The notes beneath the pieces are model-generated. The model was not told where the DNA came from and made no database searches. It was given only the letters and a program-made list of their open reading frames with translations. The position numbers were made by a program, and so were the translations under genes. DNA of 63,229 bases, filler included, from Chiloscyllium plagiosum (taxonomy: Eukaryota): assembly GCF_004010195.1 (NCBI RefSeq). It is 5 parts of one record of this genome, joined end to end, with 100 filler letters (N's around TTAATTAATTAA, not from the genome) between each part and the next. Parts side by side here need not be neighbours in the genome. Positions count along the whole stretch, not along the records: positions 34,513 to 53,942 come from NC_057714.1; 4 more parts are not named here. The stretch is one strand, 5' to 3'. The number at the start of each line of letters is the position of its first letter. Positions within the stretch are counted from its first letter, which is position 1. Below are positions 34,839-48,454 of the stretch, one piece after another.

Positions 34839-35017
34839 CGCAGCAGGTCAGGCAGCATCCAGAGAACAGGAGAATCGACATTTCGGGCATTCCTGAAGAA
34901 GGGCTTATGCCCGAAACGTCAATTCTCCTGTTCCCTGGATGCTGCCTGACCTGCTGCGCTTTTCCAGCAACACATTTTCAGCTCTGATCTCCAGCATCTG
35001 CAGACCTCACTTTCTCC
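34839..35017 (+). mobile_element. Fold-back hammerhead-bearing mini-element (family A)
   Basis: TSD CTCCATGAATTA 34827-34838 / 35017-35028. About 50-bp inverted 5' segment. Hammerhead CUGAAGA 34893-34899, GGGC-UUAU-GCCC, GAAAC-GUC 34913-34920. Confidence 0.85.
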
Positions 35018-36829
35018 TCCATGAATTATGGGCATGCAAGGTGCAATCTCTCCCATTCTGCGTCCCCCTTGATGAAAATAATGAGTGCTAGTTTCAGGGG
35101 TGGGAAATCCAGAATAAGGCTCTGGATTCATTTTGGCTAAGCTGAAGATGCTCTCCATCATAACAAAATTCAGACCTAAGCTTTTATTCTTGGGGCAATT
35201 TAATCCTTAATGTTTTTTCTGTGGAAGTGTGGTTTCATGTTCAGGGTGCGAAGTTCTAGAGATCCCTCATTTAATTCAGTCATACAAAAGTTAGAAAAAT
35301 CTATTTATCTTAAAGCAGTAAACCTGTAAATTGGTAGAGTGCATACAAAACACTGGAGGAGACGTAGCCTGCTAGGTAGATGATAAATGAGCCTCAAGTT
35401 ACTTTTACAATTACAGAAGCTACGTAACAAATTGAGCAATAAGTATCAGACATCTATTAAGCAATCTGCTTTGTTGCAAAAACTATGAATTAGTGATTTA
35501 AATAAATAGTTCTTTGTCATATATTGCATTCTAATTTTACAAATATAAAGATGGACATCTTTCGCTATAATCAGCAATGATCATGAAGTGGTTTGGTTTC
35601 ACTAATGGTTGAAAATAGTCTCAATAGGATTACTGGATTAACATCTTTATCCTGATGAAGTATTGATGGAATTGAGAATGTCAGTAAAAATCCTGTACTT
35701 TGTATTGTTATGATGTTTTACCAGGGGAATATTCCTTTATTACATGCTGATTCATCTTAAACATGTATTTAAAAAGTCTATCTTAATTGTCTGGAAATTA
35801 GCCTTCCACCATGGTTCAAGATCCAAAGCTTTGTGATAAAATAGAAAAGATTTACTTTTTAGTAATATGGCTTTGAGCAGATTCGTTTAGAAATAAATCA
35901 CAGAGTAGTGTAAAACAAAACCTGGATAATGTCCATTAAGTTGCTGACAGATGACATTGCATTAGGTAAATCTAATTACCGCAACGTACACTGTGTTTTA
36001 GAAAATATCATGCCATTGTGGCTCATTATCGGCAGTTCTAAATATACCACTCATACATTTAAGGGAATTGTTATTTGGCTGTGGCTCATTAATTCATAGT
36101 GAAGTGGGCAGGTCATAAGCATTTGAGCAATAAAGAGAAGCAAGCCTATAACTTTGCCTATATTTGAAGGAGGTGCACTCATGAGATTAGTGTCTTAGCC
36201 ATCAATGATTTGGAATTGGACGGGGACGTAAGTTGGAAAAATGCACATAATAGAAAACCTGGACATGTGTGAAACCCAAGAAGGACAGTAACATCAACCA
36301 CAAGGGGCATAGACAGTTGAATGGAATAAGCAGACACATGGCACATGATATTCATGGCACGGAAGCCTGCGAAATCGTACACTTTGGTAAGAAAAAGAAC
36401 CAATTCAGGGTAAATGGTATGATTTAAGGGAGTTGCTAAAACAAAGACTATGGTGCATGCCTGGTGCAAATCTTTCAGACTAGTAGGACAAATTAACAAA
36501 GCAACTAATAAAGCATGTACAATCCTGGACGATATTAAGAGAGGTATATATAGAAAAATCAGTAAGTTATATTAACTTATTTAAAAAGCTTATCTATTAT
36601 GTCTGATTATAGGCATCATGTTTTAGGAAGGACATGAGGCATTGGAGACTGTACAGGAGAAAACAACTCCTTCCATCATTTACTGTTACATGGATAGATT
36701 AGCAAAACTGACATTGTTCTCAGAGAAGATTATGAGGTGATTTGTTAGAAATGTCTAAAATTGTGAATAGAGTAAGTTACATAGATTTTTTTTCCAATTC
36801 CAGACAGATAATAGAAAAATAATATGGTT

Positions 36830-39570
36830 CAATTAAGACCAAAGATGTAGGAGCAGAAATGGACCATTTGGCCCATCAAGTCCACTCCACCATTCAAACT
36901 GGTCATGACTGATCTGATAATACCCAGCTTCGCTTTCCTGTTTCCTCCCTGTTACCAGTGAATCCCCTAATTAATAATCTATCTCAGACTTGAATATGCT
37001 AAAACACACAGCCTCTACTGCACTCCATGTTAAAGAAGTCAACAGATTCACAACTATCTGAGAGAAGTAATTCCTCCTCATCTCTGTCTTAAATTGACAA
37101 CCCCTTCTGCTGAGAGTATGCCCTCTGGACCTAGACTCTTCCACAGTTGAAAGAAACCCCTAAGATTCCACTCTGTTTAGTCCACTAAGAATCTTCTAAG
37201 TTTCAAGAAGGTCACTTCTCATTCCTTTAAGCTCCAATGAATACAGGCCTAACTACTCAACGTCTTCTCATAAGGAAATCCCTCCATATATGAGATAAAC
37301 ATAAGGAATCTTTTCTGGACTCCCTCCAAAGCCAGTGTATCTTGCCTTAGATAAGAGAACAAAAACTGGTCACAGTACTTGCATAGATTAAGAAATACTT
37401 CCCTATTTTTATACTCCATTCCCTTTGAAATAAAGCCCAACATTCCATGTGCTTTCCATATTACCCATTGAATTTACATGCAAGCTTTCTGTGATTTACT
37501 GATGAGAACACTCAAATCCCTTTGTGCTACAGCTTTCCCTATTTAAATAGTATTCAGTTATTATTACCTCACATTTTCCCACTTAATATCTATCTGCCAA
37601 GTTTTTGTCTATTCATTTAACCTGACTATATCCCTCTGCAGACTCCTCTTGTCATCCTCACCACTTGGCTTCCTACCTATTTTTGTATCATCTGAAAGCT
37701 TGGTGACAATACATTCACCTCCTTAACCAATTAATTTATACTCCAGTGACACTCTACTAGTAGCAGCTTGCCATCCTGAAAAAGCCACATTTATGCCAAT
37801 TCTCTGTATTCTATTAGTTGGCCAATCCTCTATCTGTGCTAATGTATTTCTCCCAACATCATGGACTCTTTATCTTATGTGTGTTACTTTACTGAATGTC
37901 TTTTAGAAATCAACAAGTATAAAGGTTCCCCTTTATCTACCCTACCTGTTACCTCCCCAAGAATTCTAATAAAAATATCAGATCTGAATGAAGTCTTGTT
38001 GATGACTCTGCTCGCTTAAATTAAGTATTTCAAAATGCTCTACTGTTACATCCTTTAGAATAGATTCAAACATTTTACCAATGTCAGATGTTAAGTTAAC
38101 TGGCCTATCTCCCTCACTTTCTGAATAAGAGTATTAGACTGGTAGTTTTCCAATCCTCTATGACTTTTCCAGAATCTCAGGCTTCTTGGAAAATTACTAC
38201 CAGTGCATCCACTATCTCACTAGCTACTTTCTTCAACATCCAAAGATGCATCCCATCAGATGCAGAAAATATATCAGCCTTTAATCCCATTAGCTTCCCT
38301 CATATGTTTTCTTAAGATATCATATTTGTTTCCTCCCCATTTTGCCCCTGGGTTATTTTGTGTGTTTGGAATGTTCTCAGTGTTTTCCATTGTTAACCAT
38401 GGTTGGTTTATCCCATTCTTAGAATCTTTCCCTCTCACTGGAATATATCTTTGTTAAGAGGTAACCATTTTCTTCAATTGATCCCCCTGCTAAACACTTT
38501 TCCTGGTCCACTTCAGCCAATGTTGCCCTCCTTACTTTAGGACTTGTCGGAGAAATTTGCCCAACAGGTTTGAGATCACAAAACACAGCTCGAAGTGAAA
38601 TTGACAAACAGTTTATTGCAAGCGATATCGCTGGAAAACAGACCAGCTGACACAGAACTAACAGTCTATACAGGTAGATCAGATTTCTCTTCCCAGAGCT
38701 GAGGATGCGACCAGTTTTATAGTAATGCTGCACAATGAAACTGATTAAGAAATGGGAAACTACAATGTATCTGGAAATGGAGTAATCTAGTTACAAGGAT
38801 GCTAATTGGAAAACAGTTATCAGATGAATGTCCTGTTCCTACAGTATCCTTCCTGACAGTATCGGAAGGTTCCATTTTTCTTCACAGATAGGTGTTAATG
38901 TCTCTTCCGAAGTGGTGAGGTACTTCCATTGTCCTGTTCCTGGAGCATGTCCTTGCTGGTGCCTCTCTGTCTGACCTGCTCTGTGTGTGGCTTTTGTATT
39001 GCTGGGTTGTGAAACTGCCCATGGGGCTTTGAGATATCTGTGCTGCTCTGTCATGTTCATGGGAGCTTAACATGTATTCCCTTGTCTGTGTGTTGTCTGA
39101 TTCGGCTTGTGAGCTGCTCGGGAATTCTGGGCATTTTGGTACAATTTGGCCAATTTTACTTTTGTGGGCCTATCTTTTGCTATGGGTTAGCAAATCTTTT
39201 CCCACAGAATTATACACATTTAAGTTGAGCACAGTTATTTCCAACCCAAGTTTCTCCCTCTCAAACTGAATGCTACATCCTACCATGTTGTAGTCTTTGC
39301 ACCATAAGGGATCTTTTACTCTAAGATAATCTATTAATCCTGCCTCGTTACATATTAGCAGATCCAAAACAGCTTGATCCCTGATCCACAACTTATCACT
39401 TTTGGAATATACTCAATGCATTCTTCCTGTAGCTTCTTCTTTTCTTGTGGATTTTCCCAACCTACATGAAAATTAAAGTCACCACTCATCACTGTATTGC
39501 CTTTTTCACTTGCCCTCATTATTTCCCGATTTATTCTCTATCCTACATTCATTGATGTAGCTACTGTTAG
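36830..39570 (-). mobile_element. Old CR1-like LINE ORF2, interrupted by a solo LTR
   Basis: LGFISKGMEYKNREV...LEGVQKRF and VLDLLICNE motifs on the minus strand. Confidence 0.8.
38545..39206 (-). mobile_element. Solo LTR (ERV or Gypsy type), 662 bp
   Basis: TG...CA termini with imperfect inverted ends (TGTCGGAGAA / TTTTCCCACA); 4-bp flanks GACT/GAAT; minus-strand TATAAAA (~38715) followed by AATAAA (~38612). Confidence 0.65.
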
Positions 39571-41509
39571 GAGGCCTATCGACACTCACACCAAACATCC
39601 CCTCATATCCCCTATCTAGGGCTTCTATAAAGGGAATATATGAACTTACAAAGCAAAATGATAAGGTGACATTGCAGGGCATATGCATGATACCCTGCAA
39701 TTTAAATGGAGAAATACTGCTGCAATATAGACAGATCTGTGTGCCATCATATATGAAACTCAAAATGTTAGCAGGCATGTACAGAAAGCAATTAGGAAAG
39801 CAAATGAAATTTTGACCTTTATTGCAAGGGCAATAGCTCATAAAAGCAGGGATATTCTGCTATAACAGAACAAGGCATTGATGAGACCTCAGCTGAAGTA
39901 ATGCACACAGTCTTGATGTAATTTATGGAGCAATATAATTGTATTGACAGCAGTTCGGAGGCAGTTTGCTAAGTTACTTGCAGCGTGAAGGAGTAATCTT
40001 ATGAGAAAATGAGAGTTTAGAGGAATAAAAAGTGAACTAATTGATTAACTTGGAGTATAACAAGGTTCTGAAGGGCTTTATCAGGTAATGAGCATTCTTT
40101 CAGAATAAGGGGTCTCCCCCTTCTCTGAGAAGGATGTGAATCTTGGGACTCTAGCCCTGAGCTAAGGTTAAATTGTTCAATAAGTTCAAGATTCAGAAAG
40201 ACAGATTTTTGAGATTTTAAATTCAACTCAAGGGATGTGGGTGTCTCTGGTTAGTCCAACATTTATTGCCCATCCCAAATGGTCCAGAGGGCAGTTAAAA
40301 GTCAACCGCATTACTGTGGGTCTGGAATCACATGTAGGCCAGACCAGGTAAGGATGACAGATTTCTTTCCCTAAAAGGACATTAGACTTCAGGGATTTTT
40401 TTTCTGACAATTGACAATGTTTTCTTGGTCATCATTAGACTCTTAATTCCAGATTCCTTATTGACAGGGGAGTCAAGGGTTATGGGAAGAAAGTAAAATG
40501 ACAGGAGAGTGGAGTAGAGGCCAGGATCAGGTGAACTGTGATATTATTAAAAGCAGAGCGGGTTTGAGGCTGTTAGACAGCATATTCTGTTCGCATTTTG
40601 TATGTTCTTTAAAAAACTCATACCTATTTTCCTGCAATTTTTTAAAGTCCATCTCAAATTCATTTTCAAAGTTACAACTGAATCTGATTCCACTACCATT
40701 TTAGGCGGCAGATTCCAAATCATTATAACATGCCGTATAAACAAGTTCACCATATCACATCCCCAGTTTGCTTTAGTGAATTATTTTAGATCCAAGCCCT
40801 CTGAATATTGAACCTACTGCAAGTGGTAAAAAGATTTCATTCATCAGCTACTCTATCCAAAGTCTTCATACTTTTGAACATATATATTTGGAAAAATATT
40901 CTGAAGTGGTTACAGTGAGCTATAATATTTTCACACACTTACACAGTCATAGATAGATTAGTAGAGTCATACAGCATGGGAACAGACCCTTCAGTCTAAT
41001 TCATCCACACCAACCATCTTCCCAAACCAAACTAGTCTCACTTGCCTGTGTTTGGCCCATATCCCTCCAAACCTTTCCTTTTCAGTGAAGAAATGCTGCT
41101 TGAAGGCAGGGGATACTCACTTCAGACTAACTGAAAGACAGCGTGGAAAGAGGGAAAGAAATAAAAATCATTCATCCTCTCTCTCACTGTGGGTTTACAG
41201 ATAGAACATGTGGTTAAATAAAAGGAAAATGTCCAGCAAAGATTAAAAAGAGCTCTCTTACGAAAAACAGCAAAGCTTTCATTCTCATCATCCTACCATT
41301 AACAGTAGACAACATCAATTTCTTATTCTAGTCCATCTCTCCACCACAGCCAAATCTACTTCAATATACTATCTGAACAGAGAGAGAGAGAGAAAGAGAG
41401 AGAGAGGAGAGAAACCTGTTAGCTCAAAATATTTAACTGTATCTGATAGACAACTAACCCTTTGTGCTTCAGATTTCTGAAACCTTTCCCAGTTTAAAAA
41501 ATATTCCAA

Positions 41510-43080
41510 GCCTCTATTCTTCCTACCAAAGTGCATAACATCATTTTACCACATTGCATTCTATCTACCACTTCTTTGCCCACTCTCCTGGCTTGTCCAA
41601 GTCCTTCTGCAGCCTCCCTGCTTCTCAGCACTATCTGTCCCTCCACCTATCTTTGTTTCATTTGCAAACTTGGCAACAATACCCTCAGTTCCTTCACCCA
41701 GATCATTAATGTATAACATGCATAGTTGTGGTCCTCTGTGGAACTCCATTGGTCATCAGCTGCCACCCTGAAAAAGATCCCTCAATCCCCACTCTCTGCC
41801 TTCTGCCAGTCAGCCAATCCCCTATACTTTCCAGTCCATTGCCTCTAACATTGCTCTTACCTTATTTAGCAGCATCCTGTGTGGCATCTTGTCAAAGGCC
41901 TTCTGGAAATTCAAACAGATCACATCCACTGGCTCTCCTTTGTCTAACTAGCTTGTTACCTCCTCAAAGTATTCTAACAGATTTGTCAGGTATGGCCTCC
42001 CCTTGATGAAGCCATGCTGACTCTGCCTTATTTTACCACGCACTTCCAAATACTCCACAATCTCATCCTTAATAATGGACTCTAAAATCTTACTAATGAT
42101 CAAGGTCAGGCCTATCTGCCTTGAATTTCCTGTCTTCTGTTTCCCTCCCCCCCTCCCTCCTTAAACAGGGACGTTACATGAACCATCTTCCAGTTCTCTG
42201 GGACCTCCTTGACTCCAATGATTGCTGAAAGATCACCACCATACCTCTACAAAATCCTCAGCTGTCTCCATCAGAACTCTGGGGTGTAGTCCATTTCATG
42301 CGGGTGATTTATCCACCTTCAGACCTCTCATCTTCCCTAGCACCTTCTCCTTACTGATGACCACTGCACTGACCTCTGCCCCCTTGTTCTGGTAGTTCTG
42401 GTTTGCTGCTGGTGCCTTCCACCATGAAAACTGATGCAAAGTAGCGATTCAGTTCGTTTGCTATTTCTTTGTTCCACGTTAGAACTTCTCCAGCCTGATT
42501 TTTGTGGTCCAATGTCCACTTCTGCCTTTCATATATAAAAAAACTTCTTTGCAAATTCTTTTATGTCACCAACTAGCTTACTCTCACATTTCATCTTCTT
42601 TCCCCGCCTTATTGCCTTTTTAGTTATCCTCTGCTAGTTTTTAAAGACTTCCCAATCCTCCAGTTTCCTTTTAATTTTTAGCACATTGTATGCTTTCTCA
42701 TTTGCTTTTATGCTGTCCCTAACTTCCCATGGTTAGCCAAGGTTGCCTTGTCCTTCCCTTAATGTTTCTTCTTCCTTGGGATAAATTTCTTCTGTGCTTC
42801 CTGAATTACTGCCAGAAACTCCTGCCATTGCTGCTCCACTGAGCTCCCTGCTAGGTTCCCCTTTTAATCAGCTCTGAACCAGCTCCCCTCTCATGGCTTT
42901 GTAGTTACCTTAACTCAATGGTACTTCCATTACATCTGATTCCAGCTTCTCTCTCCCAAACTGCAGGGGGAGTTCTATCAACTATGATCACTGCCTCCTA
43001 GGAGGTTCCTTCACCTTAGGCTCACTGATCAAGTCTGCCTCATTACACATCATCAGAATTGCCTGTTCCACAGTGGGACA
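41510..43080 (-). mobile_element. CR1-like LINE ORF2 fragment
   Basis: YINDL...VAKFA and EIANELNRYFASVF motifs. Confidence 0.82.
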
Positions 43081-43350
43081 CTCCACCATATCCCACATCC
43101 CCAAAGAGGTGACAAGCTTTCCACACAGTTTGACCTGTCAATTACAAGGCATGGTGACACACTCACGTCCAGCTGAGTTAATTCCAGTGGCAGTGGGCTG
43201 AAGCCTTTAAATTGTCCTTAATTGGCCAGCCAAGGGCATCAGTTGGCAGCAGGGAAAAAAGTTCAACCCTTGGCCTTCCCACCCAGAACTTAATATTGAT
43301 GGAGATGAGGAGAGGTGATGTTTGAGTATATCACCATCCCACATAATTAA

Positions 43351-43672
43351 GAGCACGGTGGCTCAGTGATTAGCACTGCTGTCTCACAGCATCAGGGTCC
43401 CACGTTCGATTCCACCCTCGGGTGACTGTCTGTGTGGAGTTTGCACATTCTCCCTGTGTCTGCGTGGGTTTCCTCTGGGTGCTCTGGTTTCTTCCCACAG
43501 TTCAAAAATGTGCAGGTCAGGTGAATTGGCCATGCTAAATTGCCCATATTGTTAGGTGCATTAGTCAGAGGGGAATGGGTCTGGGTGGGTTACTTTTCGG
43601 AGGGTCGGTGTGGACTTGTTGGGCCGAAGGGCCTGTTTCCGCACTGTAGGGAATCTAATCTAATCTAATCTA
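43351..43672 (+). mobile_element. HE1-type SINE
   Basis: A/B-box head, conserved body, (AATCT)n tail. Confidence 0.88.
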
Positions 43673-44939
43673 AAGTGCTCATCCCCCTTCCAACCTGCAG
43701 TAGCAGAAGATTGGCCCTCAGTTTCTGTCTCTTTAGGCACATGTAATTTGCCAATAATGGTTAAATGAGGCCCACCCACCTCCTGTCAATTTCAGATCAA
43801 AGTGGAAATTTCAAATGCGCACGTTCAATCCTCTGAGATTAACACACAAAAGTAGCAATTTATATTTTAAGTGAAGAACCTACACTCAAGGGGTTTAAAT
43901 GATGGTTCCACAGTCACTTTCAGGTCAAGAACAATACAAAAGAAAAGTCTGAAGAATTGTGCAAATACAATCCAATGGCAAATATGACTACAGATATACA
44001 GGTTGAGAAAATTATTGGAAAATAATAGTTTAGATCTTTAGTTATTTTTTACATACACAGCATACATACACACACATAAACAAGTAACTACAACTAGATA
44101 ATTTTAATTAAATAAACCTGCAAAAATAGAACATTATAATTCCAGGGTTGTATTGTGAGCATGAATAATTTATGCTACGTGGACCTACATAATGTTTGAT
44201 TAAGTCGATTTTAGAAAACCTACAACATGGTTGCACATCAATCACTTTAACTCCAGGCATTTTCCCTACATCAACCATCTTTAGAAGCGAGCCATTTTGA
44301 TCTATCCCAGAATTATAGCTTGCCTCCTGCCTCAGGGTATCAATACTTTAAAGTGTGTTCTGCAGTGTTTAGTTGGGCTGAAACAGGAGAAATAATATAC
44401 TGTTGTGAATAATCCGGAATTTGACAGAACAGAATAAGCCATATCTGATGTTAATGGCACAAACTAATTTTAATAATGCCAAAGTGTGATTTTTAACTAC
44501 TTAAGTTGAAAGCTCTGCACTGGAAAGTAATTGGTTACCTATATGGTAGGAATGGTCCCTTTCCCTTCCTCTCTGGAAAATATTTTCCTTCGTAAAGGAC
44601 ATTAATGAACCAAATGGGTTTTTCCTGACAACCAACAATGAATTCATGGTCATCATTAAATATTTAATTGCAGATTTTTGAAAAAAATTGAATGTAAATC
44701 CCATCATCTGCCATGGTGGGATACCCTCAGCTCATTCGCCCAGATCATTAATGTATAACATGCATAGTTGTGGTCGTCTGTAGAACTCCATTGGTCACCA
44801 GCTGCCACCCTGAAAAAGATCCCTCAATCCCCACTCTCTGCCTTCTGCCAGTCAGCCAATCCCCTACCCAAAACATTACTTGGGTGTTGGGATTAACAGT
44901 CCTGGGATAATACCATTAGGCCACCCACCTCCCCTATAC

Positions 44940-45250
44940 ACACTGTTCAATCAATGTAAAGAGGTTCTCCCGTTGCCAATGGTCAATTAACATCTAGTCA
45001 TCTATGATCACCACAGAAGAATCGCACAGTGCCACAGTCCCTTTACTGTGTAATGCTGATCCACAAACAACATGGTTGCTTGGTGATGGGAAAATGGCTG
45101 ATAACAACACTTTGCAACCTACCTCTCCTGAATGGCTGGGATACAATCGTACCAGCACAGTGCTGACAGAAACATCATTGATCACAGTATTGGCCAAATG
45201 AAACAAAGATGTAGGTGCGTCAATTGCTCCTTGGGTTCTGCATAATGTGC
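44940..45250 (+). pseudogene. Second PIF/Harbinger transposase fossil
   Basis: SINI..LVIYDHHRRI, WLLGD, GYNR, RNIIDHSIGQMKQRCRC, VLHN across frameshifts. Confidence 0.65.
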
Positions 45251-45339
45251 CTCACACAAAGAGACAGAAATTGGGTGGAAATTAGTGGAAAATAGTGTTG
45301 GGTGGTAAGGGTTTGACGATGAAGGAGGCCTAGGACTTG

Positions 45340-45690
45340 CATGTCCACTCCACCAAGGACATGAAGGTCCTGGGCATCCTCCACCACCAAACTCTAGCCA
45401 CTCATGGCCTAGAGGAACAACGCCTCATATTCCACCTTGGGACCCTGCAAACACACGGGATCAATGTGGATTTCACCAGTGACTTCTCACCTTTTCCTAC
45501 ACCTTCATCCACCTATCGCTTTCTCAGCTATCCTCCCCCCAGGCCCACCCTCCTTCCCATCTATCTCTCAGCCCCCAAGCCCACAAGGCTCATTCCTAAT
45601 GAAGGACTTATGCCCAAAATGTCGATTCTCCTGCTCCTCAGATGCTGTCTGATCTGCTAGGCTTTTCCAGCATCACATTCTCGACTCCAT
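45340..45690 (+). mobile_element. Penelope GIY-YIG C-terminus plus family A terminal repeat
   Basis: LEEQRLIFHLGTLQTHGINVDF is directly followed by a decayed hammerhead repeat, linking family A to Penelope-like elements. Confidence 0.8.
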
Positions 45691-48454
45691 GTGGTGCATC
45701 CCAGGGATGAGGATGCCTGGCCACTGAAGCTCTCTCCTGGATTCCAGTGCTGAGAATTGTGCCGCAAGGCTGGCCCACTGGTGCTGGCAGCCCTACAAAC
45801 TGAAGGCGGGCAGCTGCTGTTGCAGGAGGGTGAGAGAAAAAGGGTCGCTCCAATGGGAGTAGTGGTCCGAGGACTGGCTGTACAATAGAGGCTGGTACAA
45901 AGTTGGGGAAGTAGGGCAGTTGGAACTCACAACTCTGAGACAGAGAGGAGGATTCAATACCATGATAAGGTGCAGCCAGAGGCTAGACAGATTCAGCTTT
46001 CCTATAACCTAGTCACACATACAAAGTACTGTCAAGACCAGATCCACAAAATATCCAGCCATGTCATATGGTCAAATGATGAGGATGACCAGACCATCAA
46101 TGCAGAAATTAAGCAGCCATTCAGTACAGTGAGCATCGAAGAATGTATTGACACTATGATACCAACAGAAGTTTTTGCCACCAACAAAATTATATTTAAA
46201 GGGTTAACATAACCCAAATGCTAGACTGGATACCGGTGTGGGAGCAACTGACTTTCTGCTTCTCACACCAAAATATACGGATGCATAAAGTTACATGCGA
46301 TGGGACATTGAATCATTGTCAAACCCACTTTACACAATACCTCAGAGATCCATCACAGTCAAGCATTGCTGCAAGAAAATCACCCCGATGACCCCAGGTG
46401 TATTATGTTGAGGCCAAAACAGGTTCAGTGATCCCAGGCCTGACCTTAACCCACCCCCTGCTCCATGGTAACATCTGGAAAACTACAACGATCAAACTCA
46501 ACAGTGTGCCACTGGAAATCCAGTGCTTATATTGGGAGCTGATCACCCAACTTTGCAACACAGATCGTCAGTCAGCAGGCTGAGAAGCATTGCTTGAACT
46601 GAATATGTGGACTCACTCTGAATGTGCACACTTCATCATACTGTGGAACCCATGTGGAATTATTATTTGGCAGACAAGTGCAGAAAATTCTCATCAATCA
46701 TCACTCACTGACATTCCCAAAATACTTCAAAAAGATGAAGGATGCCCATGACTGGCATATGGATAACAAATGACCCAACTTACCTTTGGATAGAAAGTTT
46801 GAATACAACATCCTGAGGATGCAGGGAATACAACAGAAATTGCTCGCATATGTCCAGAACCAAGACTGTATCAAGTATGAACACCAAATGGTATGACTGC
46901 GTGGTGGAATAGATGCCACATCAGAACAATATCACAATCGAAAATACTGTATAATCACATTATAAACAGGCACAACCAGAACAAAACAAACTTACCTAGT
47001 ATGCTGGCAACATATAGCAACTTAGAGCAAAATCACTATTAACTAAGTCTAGACATACCAAACTACCAGTATGTTTCAGAAACTGGTAAATTTATTGCTT
47101 TGTCACATGATCATTCAGATACAAGGGGCAGAATCTTATAGGGCACTGAACAATGTGGTTCTTGGCCAGAAATCTGACAGAATCACATAAGATATCTTCT
47201 GAGGCCTTTCTCGAGAGCAACTAGCTGAATTTTCAAACTAAGTTCCAGACATTGAGATGAGACTCTCACGAGACAGCAGTGAGACGCCTATTCAGGGAGA
47301 TTGTTGCTTGTAATCAGCCTCACTAATTACACTACACACACATTGATATGCAGCTTCCTATCCTACCACCTGTCCCAAAGAAACTAGATGCCAAGAATGC
47401 CTTATGTGAAAGTCAGCAAGGATACCTCGTAACTTCAGCTCACCACCTGATCTTCCAGACCGCCTTGGACTTACAGTACCAAAGTCCCAGGGCACCAGCT
47501 ATGCTCAACATCCACAGAGGCTGGCATCCAACACCTGCCAACTTCTCAGGACACATATGGCACTTCTCCCATCTACTTACAGGAAGCGTCTGAAGTTTAA
47601 ATTAGCACTTCAGGGCACACAGCACTGAAAGGCTGATTCAGGGTCACTTTGTACACAGGGACCCAGCTCACAGAGAGAATCAGGCTACATCTCAGGGTTA
47701 GAATAAAACACACAGCTCTGGATGCTGGAGATCTGAAAAACACAAAATTGGAAACAGCTAGCAAAACTCAGATCTGGTCGCATCTTTTGAGAGAAAACAG
47801 AATTAACTTTTTGAGAGCAGTGACCTCGCTTCAGATCTTCTGAGAAAACGTCACTGGATTCAAAATATTAACTCTCCACAGATGCTGCCAGACTTGGTGA
47901 GTTTCACAACAATTTCTGTTTCTCTGTACTTTGCATCTCAGGGTTGCTTACTTGCTGTCTTGGCACTCACTCATTTTGAACCTACCTGCACACACACAGC
48001 ATCACTGACTTTCTTCTTGAAGAGAGGAAAATCCATGCAGTCTTGTTGCATCATGGTCATTGTTCGCCTCGGAGCTCATCATTTCTACTGGTTCACAAAA
48101 GAGCAAGCTCAAGGAATGGAAGAATGCATTAAAGGTTTCTTCCTATTCTGTCCATTAGCCTTGTCAAAATGCAGCCCAGAATCAGGGTGGCATCCATTTG
48201 AGTTTTCACCAAAGCTACAAAACTCAACAATGTGAACCCAGCTCTGACTGCCCAGCTGCAGTATGACAGATTTATTTGGATGCACTTTTTTTTATTTGGA
48301 AGGCACTTGAGAATGTAACTTCTAAAAAAAGTTTTGCAACTTACATATGAAAGAATTGAAACCTACATGGTCATTCTTACAGATAATAGACTTAACAAAC
48401 AATCAGGGTCTTTTTCAATATATAATTTCAGTTACATCTCACTGTAAACATTTG

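Noticed and set aside
45960..46990. Possible RTE-like LINE remnant
   Set aside because: Motifs too degraded to call with confidence.
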